Notes: generated from the sequence alone by a model not told the origin. Positions 10,158 to 21,265 are shown, counted from the stretch's first letter. The stretch: DNA of 64,000 nt from Leptospira sp. (GCA_034439575.1 JAWXAQ010000030.1:32001-96000), one strand, 5' to 3'. Made by a program: numbers and translations.

Positions 10158-11051
10158 TCAGAAAATAGAAAGAGTGAAATTGTATCCACCATAACTTCGT
10201 AAGTTGATCACTCCATTTTCAAACAACAAATATTGCCCTTTGATTCCGACGAGTGTGTCTTCAATAGAATCTGTCTCTGTGAGTTTATATGACTTTGCTT
10301 TTTTTGGATAACTTAGAATTGGGTATGAGATTTCGAATACTTCATTTGAAATTACTGGTTCATAATTTAGTTTATCAGATTTCCCGTTCTCATTTTCTAT
10401 AAAAAAATCTTTTGTTGCCAGATGTTTTAGAAATTTTTCTTTTTCCTTAGGTAGATTTACTTCTGGTGGGTCCCCTTGGATCAATTTTTGCCAAGAAGTT
10501 TTGTCTGGAAGAAATCCTGCCAGATAATTTTCTACAACTCCAGCCGCATAACGAGAATTGACTTCTAATACAGGAATACCAAACCTTGCCCCTTGGTCTA
10601 CCCAGCGATTGCTCACAGGATTTTCTTTCGTGATCCCCACTTTCAATCCACTTGAATTGGCAAAATAGACTGTATGTTTTTTGAAACAATTGGTTTTGCC
10701 CCATTCTGGCTCGCGACAAGTTCCTTTATGGAAATGGCAGGTCTCCGGTCTCAAAATACAAAGGTCATTTTCTGCTTTTTGCGAAAAACAAACATAACAA
10801 CAACCTTGCGAAAATGATTTTTTAGTAGGTTTGCCACAGATCACACAACGAATTTTGCCATTTGTAACAAGTGTTACTTTTTTCCCCAACCACCCATTCA
10901 TACTTTCTTCGGTGATATGTTCCATTTCTTCGGAAATGCCAATTTTTTTACCAGATTCTTCATCTTTATAACTAACATATGCTAAATGGTAGGATACTGG
11001 GAAGATTCCTTTGTGTTCCATCATTCGAAGATATCCTGTAAAAGATTTCAT
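10158..11051 (-). CDS. DUF2797-family protein (Cys-rich, possibly Zn-binding)
   Basis: CVICG...KSFSQGCCYVCF, CHFHKGTCREPEWG, KVGIT, RWVDQGA, GIKGQYL. Confidence 0.8.
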   Translation of the reverse strand: MKSFTGYLRMMEHKGIFPVSYHLAYVSYKDEESGKKIGISEEMEHITEESMNGWLGKKVTLVTNGKIRCVICGKPTKKSFSQGCCYVCFSQKAENDLCILRPETCHFHKGTCREPEWGKTNCFKKHTVYFANSSGLKVGITKENPVSNRWVDQGARFGIPVLEVNSRYAAGVVENYLAGFLPDKTSWQKLIQGDPPEVNLPKEKEKFLKHLATKDFFIENENGKSDKLNYEPVISNEVFEISYPILSYPKKAKSYKLTETDSIEDTLVGIKGQYLLFENGVINLRSYGGYNFTLSIF

Positions 11052-11713
11052 TATTTTTTAAAGATAAGCTCTTTTGCGGAAATAGGAAAAGAATCCTGAT
11101 CAAGTTTCAATATCATAACCCCAATCAGTGTATTCACATTTTCAATTTCCTTCCATTGAAATACGACAACCTGAGATTGGAATTTATAATGGGAAATGTA
11201 ATCATTTTTATGATAGAATAATTGCAAATGGTCTTCATCTTCACCTAATTTGGCGACTAGTCCACCTATATTTGGCGATTTTGCATTTGAAATATTAATA
11301 TTAACTCTACCCCCAGATAAATCTTCCAAAGGTGATTCGATTTCAAGATTCTCCGCATCATTAACATTTGTTTGGGTCTCGATATTTAAAGTGCTATCAT
11401 TCCAAGAAAGTAAGTTGCATGGGAATTCCCCAGGCAATTCTGGAAAATCAGAAGGACAGGGAATATATCGGATATCTTTAATTTCAGAGAAAGTATATTT
11501 TTTAATGATAGATGTGCGTATGGTTGCAAAAGCTATGCCCTTTAGTTTTGCGGAAAGATTTTTTTTAGGAATCTCCGTAAAGTGTATTTCGTTAGGCGTT
11601 GCTATGACTGCAACTGCAAATAATACAAAAAAAACAATTAGAGATTTTAGAATGTTATTTATATACATATTTTTCTTAATAAAGTAAATAAGGTTTAATT
11701 TTATTTTTTTCAT
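11051..11713 (-). CDS. Hypothetical exported protein
   Basis: ORF with N-terminal hydrophobic segment (LIVFFVLFAVAVIA); the true start may be the downstream Met (MYINN). Confidence 0.55.
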   Translation of the reverse strand: MKKIKLNLIYFIKKNMYINNILKSLIVFFVLFAVAVIATPNEIHFTEIPKKNLSAKLKGIAFATIRTSIIKKYTFSEIKDIRYIPCPSDFPELPGEFPCNLLSWNDSTLNIETQTNVNDAENLEIESPLEDLSGGRVNINISNAKSPNIGGLVAKLGEDEDHLQLFYHKNDYISHYKFQSQVVVFQWKEIENVNTLIGVMILKLDQDSFPISAKELIFKK

Positions 11714-12920
11714 CTTCCTCTAATTTCAAATATGATTTATGAAATTCTAAATACGATTTTCCTTCGTTAATGGCATTTCGGAAATGATCATTGCCCCAAA
11801 GTTGATCTGCCCAATAATTTTGACCGCCTTTATTCCAACGAAAGTCTTTTGGATAAACTTCTTTCATCAATCGTATCAATTCATAAGAAAGTTCGATTGG
11901 ATCATAATCTGCTCTTACTAAATTCATTCGCAAACCATGACATATTTTACCCTTATGTGGACCAAAGGTTGGTTTAAAATAAACGGTAGAGAAAAAATAA
12001 GCTTTGTTGCCGAGCGTTGAAAGTTTATTTGCGAGTTCACTTGGTTCAGTCATCCAAGGAGCACCAAAATAAACAAATGGAGCTTGCGTTCCCCGACCGA
12101 CAGAAACATTCACACCTTCTAGCATAACTAGCGCTAAATAATTTCTCGCAGTCTCCACCATCGGTAAATTTGGTGATGGTGTGTACCAAACTAAACCCGT
12201 CTCTTCAAAATATTGGTCTCTGGAATAACCTTTAACAGGGATTATCTTTAAATTGACCTTATCCTTTAAAAATTCTTTGGCATAAAATTTTGCTGATTCG
12301 CCAAGTGTCATTCCTGATATTAAGAGAGAAGGAAATTCACCTGCAAAATTTGTATGTTTTGGATCCATTTTTTCTCCCATAGGAGGAAGGTGCATCGCTA
12401 CATGAATGTGATCCAAAAGTACCATTTCTGTTTTTGTATTTTGAATGGCATCTAGCAGACGTTTCAGTACGCTCACATAAGTATAACATCTCATTCCGAC
12501 GTCTTGCACATCAAATAAAACAACATCCACTTCTGAGGCCAAATCTCTAAGTTCAGAATCTTTAACTTTGTAAATGTGATATAGGGGTCTAGAAAACACA
12601 GGATCGAGTGTAACTGGCGTTTGGCTAAACTCTTCTTCTATTCCTAAAAATCCATGCTCTAACCCGATTAAATGTTCCAATCTGACATTGTGCTTTGCAA
12701 ATTCAGAAATGATTTTTGAAGGTAAATTGCCGATACCGGAAGGGTTTGTGACGAGCATCACTTTTTTTCCACTTAAAGATGGCAAAACTTCAGAATAAAA
12801 AGTTTCTGCAGAAGGTATGATTTTAGCGTTTGCGGGGTGCACCCGAAATTGGGGGGATGTATTTCCTTGGCATGCGGCCAAAATAAAGAGTAAAGAAAAC
12901 CTAAAAAAGTATTTGGTCAT
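11676..12920 (-). CDS. DUF1343 / exo-beta-N-acetylmuramidase NamZ-family lipoprotein
   Basis: Lipobox LAAC; motifs LVTNPSG, EHG, FDVQDVGMRCYTY, PSPNLP, EGVNVSVGRGT and terminal YLLY. Confidence 0.85.
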   Translation of the reverse strand: MTKYFFRFSLLFILAACQGNTSPQFRVHPANAKIIPSAETFYSEVLPSLSGKKVMLVTNPSGIGNLPSKIISEFAKHNVRLEHLIGLEHGFLGIEEEFSQTPVTLDPVFSRPLYHIYKVKDSELRDLASEVDVVLFDVQDVGMRCYTYVSVLKRLLDAIQNTKTEMVLLDHIHVAMHLPPMGEKMDPKHTNFAGEFPSLLISGMTLGESAKFYAKEFLKDKVNLKIIPVKGYSRDQYFEETGLVWYTPSPNLPMVETARNYLALVMLEGVNVSVGRGTQAPFVYFGAPWMTEPSELANKLSTLGNKAYFFSTVYFKPTFGPHKGKICHGLRMNLVRADYDPIELSYELIRLMKEVYPKDFRWNKGGQNYWADQLWGNDHFRNAINEGKSYLEFHKSYLKLEEDEKNKIKPYLLY

Positions 12921-12941
12921 GTAAGTAGACGATTATAAGAT

Positions 12942-14198
12942 ATGGCAAATCTTCAAGGAGAATTGCTCCCAATGTTCAATCGATATACACCATCTCTATC
13001 TCTAGCCCTCTATCTGGCCTTGATTTTGAGCTGTGCCAACCCTGCCGTAGCGGAAAAACCTGCAAACCAACAAGAAAATGTGATCACAGTACTCGGTGAG
13101 GCACCTATTTACCAGGGAGACATGGCACTTGCCCGAAATAAGGCATTGAAAGACGCAAAAATCAATGCAGTCAGAAAACTCGTGGGGGAACAAATCACAG
13201 AAAAATCAGGAGTTTCGGATGGCCAATCCTTGGGATCAAAACTCTACAGTAAAACTGATTCCTTTGTTAAAAAATACGAAATACTCAGCGAAGAGACTTG
13301 GAAATTGGATACGCAAGATATGATTCGATTGAGTGTTCGCTGTGAAGTGGAAGCGACAAAACTTTCGACTGCCGTTGATGCTTTACTTGATGATGTTGGA
13401 AATCCACGCATCGCCGTTCTTATCCAATCAAATATCCAAGGCAAAAATTTTCCGATCGGTTCAGCCACAAACACAGCTGAGGCGGAACTGATTGAAAAAC
13501 TCAGAAAAAAAGGAAACAAAGTTGTAGATAGCTCTCAGCTAACTGCCCTTTTGAAAAAAAATCCAGCTCTTGCAAAATTGGATTTAACTTCTGTAGAAGA
13601 AGGTAGCCCTCTCCTAACACTTGCTCAAGATTCAGGGGCAGAAGTTTTGATCATTGGAAAAGTTGATACAGTCGATCAAAAACCAATTGTACTACCCGGT
13701 GGTAAAAAAACCGATTTTTTAAGTGCTGCGGCAACTGGACCGTACCGCATCATTCAACTTTGGGGTGATGGGAAAATATTTGGATCTGGCTCATCGGAAG
13801 GTCGTGGAGCAGACATTACCCAAGACGTTGCGCGCATTCAAGCCACTAAAGATTGGTCAAATTTGGTTTCTGAAAAAGTAGCCAAACAAATCAAAGATGA
13901 ATGGTTTAAATTAACCGAACAAAATACTGTCATCTTAAAATTTACTGGTTTGGAATTAGAAGATGCTATCAATTTTAAAAATGATTTGACCGAATTTACT
14001 TCCGTCAAACAAATCAACGACCGTAAAACAGAAGCTAGTGGATCAGAGTGGGAATTAACTTATCCTGGTAAAGAATCTATGTTTGCCGAAGAATTGATGT
14101 ACAAAAAAGATTCCAGTTTCCGTTTCCTATCTAAAAAAGTTTTGAATATAAAAAGCTCTAAACGTGGCGTTGTAGAAGCTGATTTTAAAAATAGATAA
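12942..14198 (+). CDS. lipL46: LipL46-like surface lipoprotein
   Basis: Lipobox LILSC; GEAPIYQGDMALARNKALKDAK...GQSLGSKLY resembles Leptospira LipL46 as I recall it. Start is probably ATG 12972. Confidence 0.65.
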   Translation: MANLQGELLPMFNRYTPSLSLALYLALILSCANPAVAEKPANQQENVITVLGEAPIYQGDMALARNKALKDAKINAVRKLVGEQITEKSGVSDGQSLGSKLYSKTDSFVKKYEILSEETWKLDTQDMIRLSVRCEVEATKLSTAVDALLDDVGNPRIAVLIQSNIQGKNFPIGSATNTAEAELIEKLRKKGNKVVDSSQLTALLKKNPALAKLDLTSVEEGSPLLTLAQDSGAEVLIIGKVDTVDQKPIVLPGGKKTDFLSAAATGPYRIIQLWGDGKIFGSGSSEGRGADITQDVARIQATKDWSNLVSEKVAKQIKDEWFKLTEQNTVILKFTGLELEDAINFKNDLTEFTSVKQINDRKTEASGSEWELTYPGKESMFAEELMYKKDSSFRFLSKKVLNIKSSKRGVVEADFKNR

Positions 14199-14209
14199 TT
14201 TTGATTTTT

Positions 14210-14241
14210 GCATTAGGAGAAATAAATCTCCTAATGCTTTT
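14210..14241 (+). terminator. Intrinsic terminator between lipL46 and the convergent kef gene
   Basis: gcattaggaga-aataaa-tctcctaatgc, an 11-bp perfect stem followed by tttt. Confidence 0.75.
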
Positions 14242-14243
14242 AT

Positions 14244-16115
14244 CTAATCTTTCGATTCCGTCCTTTCAAAATCTCCCCAAATATCTTTTTCATCTATGTC
14301 AGTTGTGCCTGTATCAAAACGCATAAGTCTTTCTAGTTCCGCTGTCCTCTGTTTGGCAATGCTGATATATGCCTTACGATCTTTTCTGTGTTCGTATAAC
14401 TCATTAAAGGTTGATGTATCATGTTTCAAAAATGTAAGGGCCGCTTTTCTTGCTTGGTAGGACCTAAAACCAAGGCGTCCAAGTGCTTCCACACCTAACT
14501 CTACAGCTGTTTCACGCGTTTCCCGAAACACAGAATCTGCTCCAGCTTCCTTTAATTCATAAGCTTCTTCCCGATCTCCAGCGCGGGCTAAAATTTTCAA
14601 ATCAGGAAAATGTTTTTTGACTGTGTGGATCAATAAAATTTGTTTTTCCATATTGTCTAGTGCCGCAATTATGAGTTTTGCTTTTTCGGCACCAGCACCG
14701 ACAAGAAGTTCATGCCTTGTAGCATCGCCAAAATAAACCTTAAAATCAAACCGCCTAAGCATAGCTACTCGGTCCGCATCATAATCCAGTATCGTTAAAG
14801 GAATCCCATTTCCACGCAAAAACCGACCAAGCATATTTCCAAATTTACCAAATCCAGCAATGATCACAGGATTTTCTTCATTTTCAATCGTGTCGGATTC
14901 TCCCTTGCTTTTTGTTTTATCGTCTAACTGATCTTTGATAAATTTTTCGAATACCAATAGAAAGATGGGTGTCAATGCCATGCTGATCGCCACGGCCGCG
15001 ACGAGTGTGGAAACAAGTTCCTTTTCCAATATTCCATTTTGTTCAGAATAACTAAAAAGAACAAATGAAAACTCTCCCACTTGGGAAAGGCCTAAGGCAA
15101 AATAAAGATTTTGATCTAATGGCAATCTAAATATGGCACCTAACAAGAAAAGTATTAAAGCCTTTCCAAAAACGATTATCGCAACGATGCAAAGAATTTT
15201 CAATGGATTTTGAATAAGTAAGTTTACATCCATAGAAGCACCCACACTCAAAAAAAATAATCCAAGCAAGAGACCCTTAAAAGGCTCTATATCACTTTCC
15301 AATTCATGACGAAATTCGCTCGATGCCAGTACGACGCCCGCAAGAAAAGTACCAAGTGCCGCCGATAATCCGATACTACTCATTAACAAAGAAATACTTA
15401 TCACAAGTAACAAACTTGCACCCGTAAAAATTTCGCGTAAGCCTGTATTTGCGATGATGCGAAAAATTGGCCCGAGAAAATATTTTCCCACAAGAATGAT
15501 ACCTATGATCACTCCCAAAATAATACAAGTTTGTATCCAAGCTGGAAAATGGTGTATAAGCGAAGCTTCATGTCCGGATGTAGTTTGTAAATGAGTCGGA
15601 ACTAACAAAGGGAATATGGCAAGCATTGGAATCACTGCCATATCCTGAAATAACAATACAGAAAAAGATGCCTGACCTGAAATGGATTTCATCAGGCCTT
15701 TTTCTTTTAATGTTTGTAATACTATCGCTGTTGAAGACAGTGATAGTATCATACCAATTGCTAGTGAAGATTTGAAATTTAATTCAAAATAAATACTCAC
15801 TCCTAAAAAGAAAGCCGTTGTGAGTAAAACTTGTAATCCACCAAGACCTAAAAGCCAAAATTTTAATTTCCATAACAGACTGAGTTCTAATTCCAATCCA
15901 ATTACAAATAACATCATCACTACGCCAAATTCGGCAAAATGCATGAGTGATTGGCCTTCAGCGCCCACAAAACCAAGAACAGCAGGACCAATACAAATTC
16001 CAGCTAACAAGTAACCAAGAACTGATCCAAGACCCAATTTGTAGGCAATAGGAACCATTACGATAGCTGCAGAAAGATAAATTAAGGATTGAACAAAAAA
16101 ACTTGACTCTTCCAT
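14244..16115 (-). CDS. CPA2-family K+ efflux antiporter (KefB/KefC-like) with KTN domain
   Basis: LGSVLGYLLAG, AEFGVV, LLFQD, RHELESDIEPFKGLLLGLFF and KTN IIAGFGKFG...YFGDATR. Confidence 0.9.
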   Translation of the reverse strand: MEESSFFVQSLIYLSAAIVMVPIAYKLGLGSVLGYLLAGICIGPAVLGFVGAEGQSLMHFAEFGVVMMLFVIGLELELSLLWKLKFWLLGLGGLQVLLTTAFFLGVSIYFELNFKSSLAIGMILSLSSTAIVLQTLKEKGLMKSISGQASFSVLLFQDMAVIPMLAIFPLLVPTHLQTTSGHEASLIHHFPAWIQTCIILGVIIGIILVGKYFLGPIFRIIANTGLREIFTGASLLLVISISLLMSSIGLSAALGTFLAGVVLASSEFRHELESDIEPFKGLLLGLFFLSVGASMDVNLLIQNPLKILCIVAIIVFGKALILFLLGAIFRLPLDQNLYFALGLSQVGEFSFVLFSYSEQNGILEKELVSTLVAAVAISMALTPIFLLVFEKFIKDQLDDKTKSKGESDTIENEENPVIIAGFGKFGNMLGRFLRGNGIPLTILDYDADRVAMLRRFDFKVYFGDATRHELLVGAGAEKAKLIIAALDNMEKQILLIHTVKKHFPDLKILARAGDREEAYELKEAGADSVFRETRETAVELGVEALGRLGFRSYQARKAALTFLKHDTSTFNELYEHRKDRKAYISIAKQRTAELERLMRFDTGTTDIDEKDIWGDFERTESKD

Positions 16116-16116
16116 T

Positions 16117-16653
16117 TTATTTTTCCTTTAACAACTGTTGTATAAATTTTGAAAATTCAATCCCTACTTTTGCCATTTCTTTTTCTGATTTTTGGAAGGC
16201 ACCATACATTACAAATGGTGATCGGTAGTTCATATGACAAAGCTCTGCTGTTCTTTTAAATGGGAGTAAAAATTCAAACAATTCAGCTTTATGAAATCCT
16301 TCCTTGGTATATGCGCTTTCATTGGCTCCTGTTGTGAGTATTTGTACCCATGATTTTCCTTGTAACTTAGTTCCACCTTCACCATAAGCCCAGCCAAATT
16401 CTAAAACTAAATCTATCCATTGTTTCATTAAAGGGGGACAACTGTACCAATAAATAGGGTGTTGGAAAATGATGACATCATGTGCTAAAAGTAATTCCTG
16501 TTCCTTTTTAATATTTATATCAAAATCAGGATATTTTTCGTATAAATCATGTTCGGTGATATGATTTGTCCTTGGTAAAAAACCTGTCAAAGTTTGATTG
16601 GCACGAGACTTTTCATACGTTGGATGCACAAGTATATGTAGAATTGAATTCAT
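16117..16653 (-). CDS. KefF/KefG-like NAD(P)H-dependent flavodoxin-fold ancillary protein
   Basis: HP...SRAN, DLYEKYPDF, EQELL, FQHPIYWYSCPPLMKQWID, GWAYG; adjacent to the Kef transporter. Confidence 0.9.
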   Translation of the reverse strand: MNSILHILVHPTYEKSRANQTLTGFLPRTNHITEHDLYEKYPDFDINIKKEQELLLAHDVIIFQHPIYWYSCPPLMKQWIDLVLEFGWAYGEGGTKLQGKSWVQILTTGANESAYTKEGFHKAELFEFLLPFKRTAELCHMNYRSPFVMYGAFQKSEKEMAKVGIEFSKFIQQLLKEK

Positions 16654-16763
16654 AAATCTATTTCGAACGTAACTTTTAAAACATGTTCTATTTACTCAAT
16701 AATTTTCTACAAAAACTGCCAAAAATCAAAAAAATGCTCCTCTTATTTTAAATGTAGTATCAC

Positions 16764-18080
16764 ATGTATCCTATGTTCAATTATCTAAACCATACCATAT
16801 TGATTTCAGTCATTCTATCCTTGTTTGTGTCTTGCAAAAAAGAAGACGATAAAACAGATGATCTAGTGATCATGGGTCTTGTAGCAGTGGCACAAACGCC
16901 TTACATTGCAGTAACTCCAACTGCCGGTAGTATCACGATCGCAGGAAATGCCAATGTCACAAAATCTTATGATCCAAAGTGTACAGGCGTTAGCGGGAAC
17001 CAAACATTTAAATTTTATCTCAAGAAAGGAACTTCGAAAAATCTATTAGTTAACTTTATGGGTGGAGGTGCATGTTGGGATGGTAAAAATTGTTTTGGCT
17101 CAAATACGACTACCTATTTCAATCGCATGGATTCACTTTCTAATCTAGCTGTGAGAATTGCTTTTAGTGGCATACTGGAAGAGCGGAATGCGGTGAACCC
17201 GTTTAGAGATTGGAATGTCTTATTTATACCTTATTGTTCTGGAGATTTATTTTGGGGCTCTAAGTCTACATCTTATACAGACCCAACGACAGGTGCAGCC
17301 ACTACCTTAGATCACAAAGGTTTTGATAACTTCCTCGCGAGCATTGACTATGTTAAAAAAAATTCAGAATGGACCCCGGATGCATCTAACAAAGTATTTG
17401 TGATTGGTCAATCTGCTGGTGCCTATGGTGCTATTTTTAACTTTTCTTATATCAAGGAAATATTTCCATCGAACGAAGTTTCGATCTTCGCAGATGCAGG
17501 CAATGGAGTCATACCAGCGAATTTTCAATCTCAGGGTCCAGTGGCAAAATGGGGGGCCGATTTAAATGTCCCAACCTGGATCGGAATTTCCTCTACCACA
17601 TTCCCGACCATTGAACTTGGAGATTTTTTCAAACAAGTAGCAACTTATTATCCAAATAACAAAATTGCCCAATATTCTACAAATTTTGATGGAAACCAAA
17701 GATACTTTTATAATGTCCAAAAGAAAATTCAAGCGAACGTAAGTTATACGAACTCTACTGATCTTTGGGGTAAGTCTGACGGAACACAAGTGGATGATAG
17801 TACATCATGTACTTGGGTGACTGAATCACGCTCAAATATCATCACTCGTGCAGCAACTAGATCAAACTACAAATACTACATTGCAGGAGGTGATGTGCAT
17901 ACCATCACAACCAGTGCCAGTTTTTACACAGAAAGCTCTGCGGGAGAATCTTTACTTTCATGGATGAACAAAATGATTGCAGGTTCCAGTGATTGGACGA
18001 GTAAAGATTGTAAGTCGGAAGGAAATTGTAAGCCACCTGCGACTAGCACCTCACCAAACGGGATCTCTTGTTCTTTTTGA
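16764..18080 (+). CDS. Pectin acetylesterase-family (alpha/beta hydrolase) lipoprotein
   Basis: Lipobox LFVSC; FMGGGACW, PYCSGD, nucleophile GQSAG, GGDVH. Confidence 0.8.
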   Translation: MYPMFNYLNHTILISVILSLFVSCKKEDDKTDDLVIMGLVAVAQTPYIAVTPTAGSITIAGNANVTKSYDPKCTGVSGNQTFKFYLKKGTSKNLLVNFMGGGACWDGKNCFGSNTTTYFNRMDSLSNLAVRIAFSGILEERNAVNPFRDWNVLFIPYCSGDLFWGSKSTSYTDPTTGAATTLDHKGFDNFLASIDYVKKNSEWTPDASNKVFVIGQSAGAYGAIFNFSYIKEIFPSNEVSIFADAGNGVIPANFQSQGPVAKWGADLNVPTWIGISSTTFPTIELGDFFKQVATYYPNNKIAQYSTNFDGNQRYFYNVQKKIQANVSYTNSTDLWGKSDGTQVDDSTSCTWVTESRSNIITRAATRSNYKYYIAGGDVHTITTSASFYTESSAGESLLSWMNKMIAGSSDWTSKDCKSEGNCKPPATSTSPNGISCSF

Positions 18081-18091
18081 TTTAATCAACT

Positions 18092-18136
18092 AACCACTTA
18101 GGTGCGATATAAACACTTAAGTGGTTTTGTTTTTTT
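18092..18136 (+). terminator. Intrinsic terminator
   Basis: aaccacttaggtg / cacttaagtggtt stem followed by ttgttttttt. Confidence 0.7.
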
Positions 18137-18172
18137 TACAAAATAAAATAATGCATAATTAAATAATTTATC

Positions 18173-21100
18173 TTATTTTCTGATCCATAAACGCATCATT
18201 CGTTCAAAATCAGATTTCATTGCTGGTTTGCTAATATAATCATTCATTCCCGCTTCTAAACATCTTTCCCTTTCACCAAGCACAGTCCCTGCTGTCACAG
18301 CGATAATCGGCAATAATTTAGCACCCGTGATCTGACGTATGGCTTTCGAGGCTTCATATCCATTCAATTCAGGCATTTGGATATCCATAAAGATGATATC
18401 AGGCATTTTTAAATTGACTAAATCTACGGCCTCTCTGCCATTTTTAGCTTCAATGAGATTAGAGTTGGGTGCAATCCTTCTAAGAATGGAATAAGCTAAT
18501 TTCATGTTAACCGAATTATCCTCGACAATCATTATAGTTAAAGTAACGTCAGTTATATACGGTTTAGCTGAATCATATAATGGTCTTTTGATTTCAGAAT
18601 TAAAATCAAAAAGGGAAGAATCTGAAGACTCGAGTATCAGATCAAAAAAGAAATCAGAACCTTCACCTAACTCACTTTCTAATTGAATTTTACTATCCAT
18701 TAAACTCAAAAGTTGATTTGATATGGATAATCCAAGTCCAGTGCCTCCAAATCTACGTGTTGTTGAAAAATCTTCCTGAGTGAAGGCTTCAAAAATCTTA
18801 CTCTGATTTTGAGCTGCGATTCCTATTCCGGTATCTTTTATAGAAATTCTTATTTTCACTTTATCATCAGAAATTTTTTCTAGTACTGTGATAGAAAACT
18901 CAATCTTACCTTTTTCAGTAAATTTAATCGCATTGCTTAACAAATTTACAATAATTTGTTTGATTCGAAGCGGATCAATTTCTACAAAATCAGGTAATTC
19001 AGGATCAATGAGTAACCTAAGTTTAATTTGTTTTTGATTTGCTTGGTATCTCACGATGTTAATCACTTCATCAGCAAGGTCACCTAAGCTCGTCCTTTCC
19101 AAATTCAGTTCAAGTTTGCCTGCTTCAATTTTGGAAAAATCCAAAATATCTGATACAATGTCTAACAATGAATTAGCGCTTTGGAATACGGTTCGCAAAT
19201 AATCTTTTTGTGTATGATCAAGGGACGTTCGAAGTAACAAATCTGTGAAACCAATGATACCGTTTAAGGGAGTGCGAATTTCATGGCTCATATTCGCAAG
19301 AAAGTCTGACTTTGCGATACTCGCTTGTTCAGCCAATATTTTTGCTTTTTTCAATTCTTCTTGGATGGTTTTCTGTTCATGAATGTCCCGTGCTACGACA
19401 GAAGCTCCATTCACAATTCCCTTAAGATCGTAAATGGGAGAAATGGAAACGGATAAATCTACAAGTTTTCCAAACTTTGTTTTTCTTTGGGTTTCTAACT
19501 GAACGATACTTTCACCTTTCGAATATTTTTCGATAATCCACTGTTCTTCTTCTTGTTTATCGATCGGTAATAAAATTTCCGTTGATTTACCAATAGCTTC
19601 CTCAGATGTAAAACCAAACAAATGTTCTGCTCCGCGATTCCATGTAAGGATTTTGCCTGTCAAATCTTTGCCATAAATAGCATCCGTGGAAGAATCTACT
19701 ATGGCGAATAGCCTTTGACTCATCAACTCATGGCTACGAAGAGCAGTTATATCTTGAATACTACCAAATATTTTTTTACAAACACCATTTTCAAATATAA
19801 CTTCAGCTATCACTCGAACCCATTTTAAATTATTCTTAGCGGTCGTTAGTTGAAATTCATAATCAAATGGGATACCTTTTGTAATTGCCAAATTAACAGA
19901 TTCATAAATTTTCTCTCTCGAGTCTTGATCTTTGTAATAGTTAATAGCTTCATCCAAAGGCGGATTAAAGTTCATCCCTACTTCATGGATTTCTTTAGTT
20001 ATGTCAGACCAAAACAATTCTCTTGTATCAGGCTTTAATTCCCAAGCCCCAACTCTTGCGATCCGACTTGTCTGCTCAAGCATTCGTTTTAAATTTAAAA
20101 GTTCAATTTCAGATTTTCTACGTTCAGTGATATCAGTCGAAATGGTCATGACAGACAATCCTGGCGATGACAGTGGAACTGCCGTTACGTTAATCCATAT
20201 GATATTTTTATCTTCTAATTCGATTCCGATGATTTGATCTGCTATAATTTTTTTTTCTTTTAAACAACGAGCAGATGGCATTTCATCCAAAGAATACTCA
20301 CTATAATCTGATTTAAGATACTTTCTATTTTTATACTCACGACTAATAATCGAATTTTTTGAAAGTTTTAATAATTCTTCTAATTTGGGATTCACCTCTA
20401 TAATTTCATTCTTATCATCTATGATAGTAACTCCAACTGGTAGCGATTGAAGAAGTATTCGAAGTTCTGCTTCGCTCTTTTCTACTTTATTTTTTGCTTC
20501 TTTAATAGCAGTTATATCTGCAACTTGAGCAACAAATCCATCAACATTTCCATCCTTATCATATGCTGGGATATAATTTGCTATAGAATATCTAACCCCT
20601 TTCCCATTTGCCTCGGGAAATTCTCTTTCAAAAACCTGACTTTCTCCTTTCAAAACATTTTCCAAATAAGATTTGTTTAAATTATAAATTTTTTCGCCTA
20701 ATACATAGGAAATATGTTTGCCTTGTATCTCTTTCGGACTTTTCCCAAACCAATTTGAATAAGCTTGGTTAGCAAAAACATTATTTAAATTTTTGTCCCA
20801 ATAACCGATCATAGATGGAATCAAATCCAAAACTCGATAAATTTCCAAATTCGAAGAATTCTCTATTGATGAACTACTATGAGTAAAATTGCGAAATATA
20901 ACAAAATGTACCATCGCATTACTTTCATTAGTATATGATTCAATAATGTAATCAAAGAAATATAATTGTCCTTTTTTATTTACAAAAGAAATCTCCTTCC
21001 AATCTTTCGAAGAATGGTTAAGTAATTTATTTTTTAACGTATTTATTTGCGCTTCATCCAAGATTTCAGATAATTTGGGAGGAGAATCCATTTCTGTCAT

Positions 21101-21265
21101 GCCAATCGAATTCAGAAAAATTTGGGAATACAGGATGGAATCAATATCTTCACCATTTAAAATCAAAAATCCATTGCTAGCTTCATTGAAAACGATTTCA
21201 AAAATTTCATCAGGTGCTTTTTTTAATAGTTCAAGGATGATTTTGGATTGATTACTTTTGCTCAT
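18173..21265 (-). CDS. Cytoplasmic multi-PAS hybrid sensor histidine kinase/response regulator
   Basis: Several PAS/PAC repeats, HisKA FLANMSHEIRTPLNG, HATPase NLLSNAIKFT/DTGIG/GGTGLGL, REC IFMDIQMP. Confidence 0.92.
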   Translation of the reverse strand: MSKSNQSKIILELLKKAPDEIFEIVFNEASNGFLILNGEDIDSILYSQIFLNSIGMTEMDSPPKLSEILDEAQINTLKNKLLNHSSKDWKEISFVNKKGQLYFFDYIIESYTNESNAMVHFVIFRNFTHSSSSIENSSNLEIYRVLDLIPSMIGYWDKNLNNVFANQAYSNWFGKSPKEIQGKHISYVLGEKIYNLNKSYLENVLKGESQVFEREFPEANGKGVRYSIANYIPAYDKDGNVDGFVAQVADITAIKEAKNKVEKSEAELRILLQSLPVGVTIIDDKNEIIEVNPKLEELLKLSKNSIISREYKNRKYLKSDYSEYSLDEMPSARCLKEKKIIADQIIGIELEDKNIIWINVTAVPLSSPGLSVMTISTDITERRKSEIELLNLKRMLEQTSRIARVGAWELKPDTRELFWSDITKEIHEVGMNFNPPLDEAINYYKDQDSREKIYESVNLAITKGIPFDYEFQLTTAKNNLKWVRVIAEVIFENGVCKKIFGSIQDITALRSHELMSQRLFAIVDSSTDAIYGKDLTGKILTWNRGAEHLFGFTSEEAIGKSTEILLPIDKQEEEQWIIEKYSKGESIVQLETQRKTKFGKLVDLSVSISPIYDLKGIVNGASVVARDIHEQKTIQEELKKAKILAEQASIAKSDFLANMSHEIRTPLNGIIGFTDLLLRTSLDHTQKDYLRTVFQSANSLLDIVSDILDFSKIEAGKLELNLERTSLGDLADEVINIVRYQANQKQIKLRLLIDPELPDFVEIDPLRIKQIIVNLLSNAIKFTEKGKIEFSITVLEKISDDKVKIRISIKDTGIGIAAQNQSKIFEAFTQEDFSTTRRFGGTGLGLSISNQLLSLMDSKIQLESELGEGSDFFFDLILESSDSSLFDFNSEIKRPLYDSAKPYITDVTLTIMIVEDNSVNMKLAYSILRRIAPNSNLIEAKNGREAVDLVNLKMPDIIFMDIQMPELNGYEASKAIRQITGAKLLPIIAVTAGTVLGERERCLEAGMNDYISKPAMKSDFERMMRLWIRK

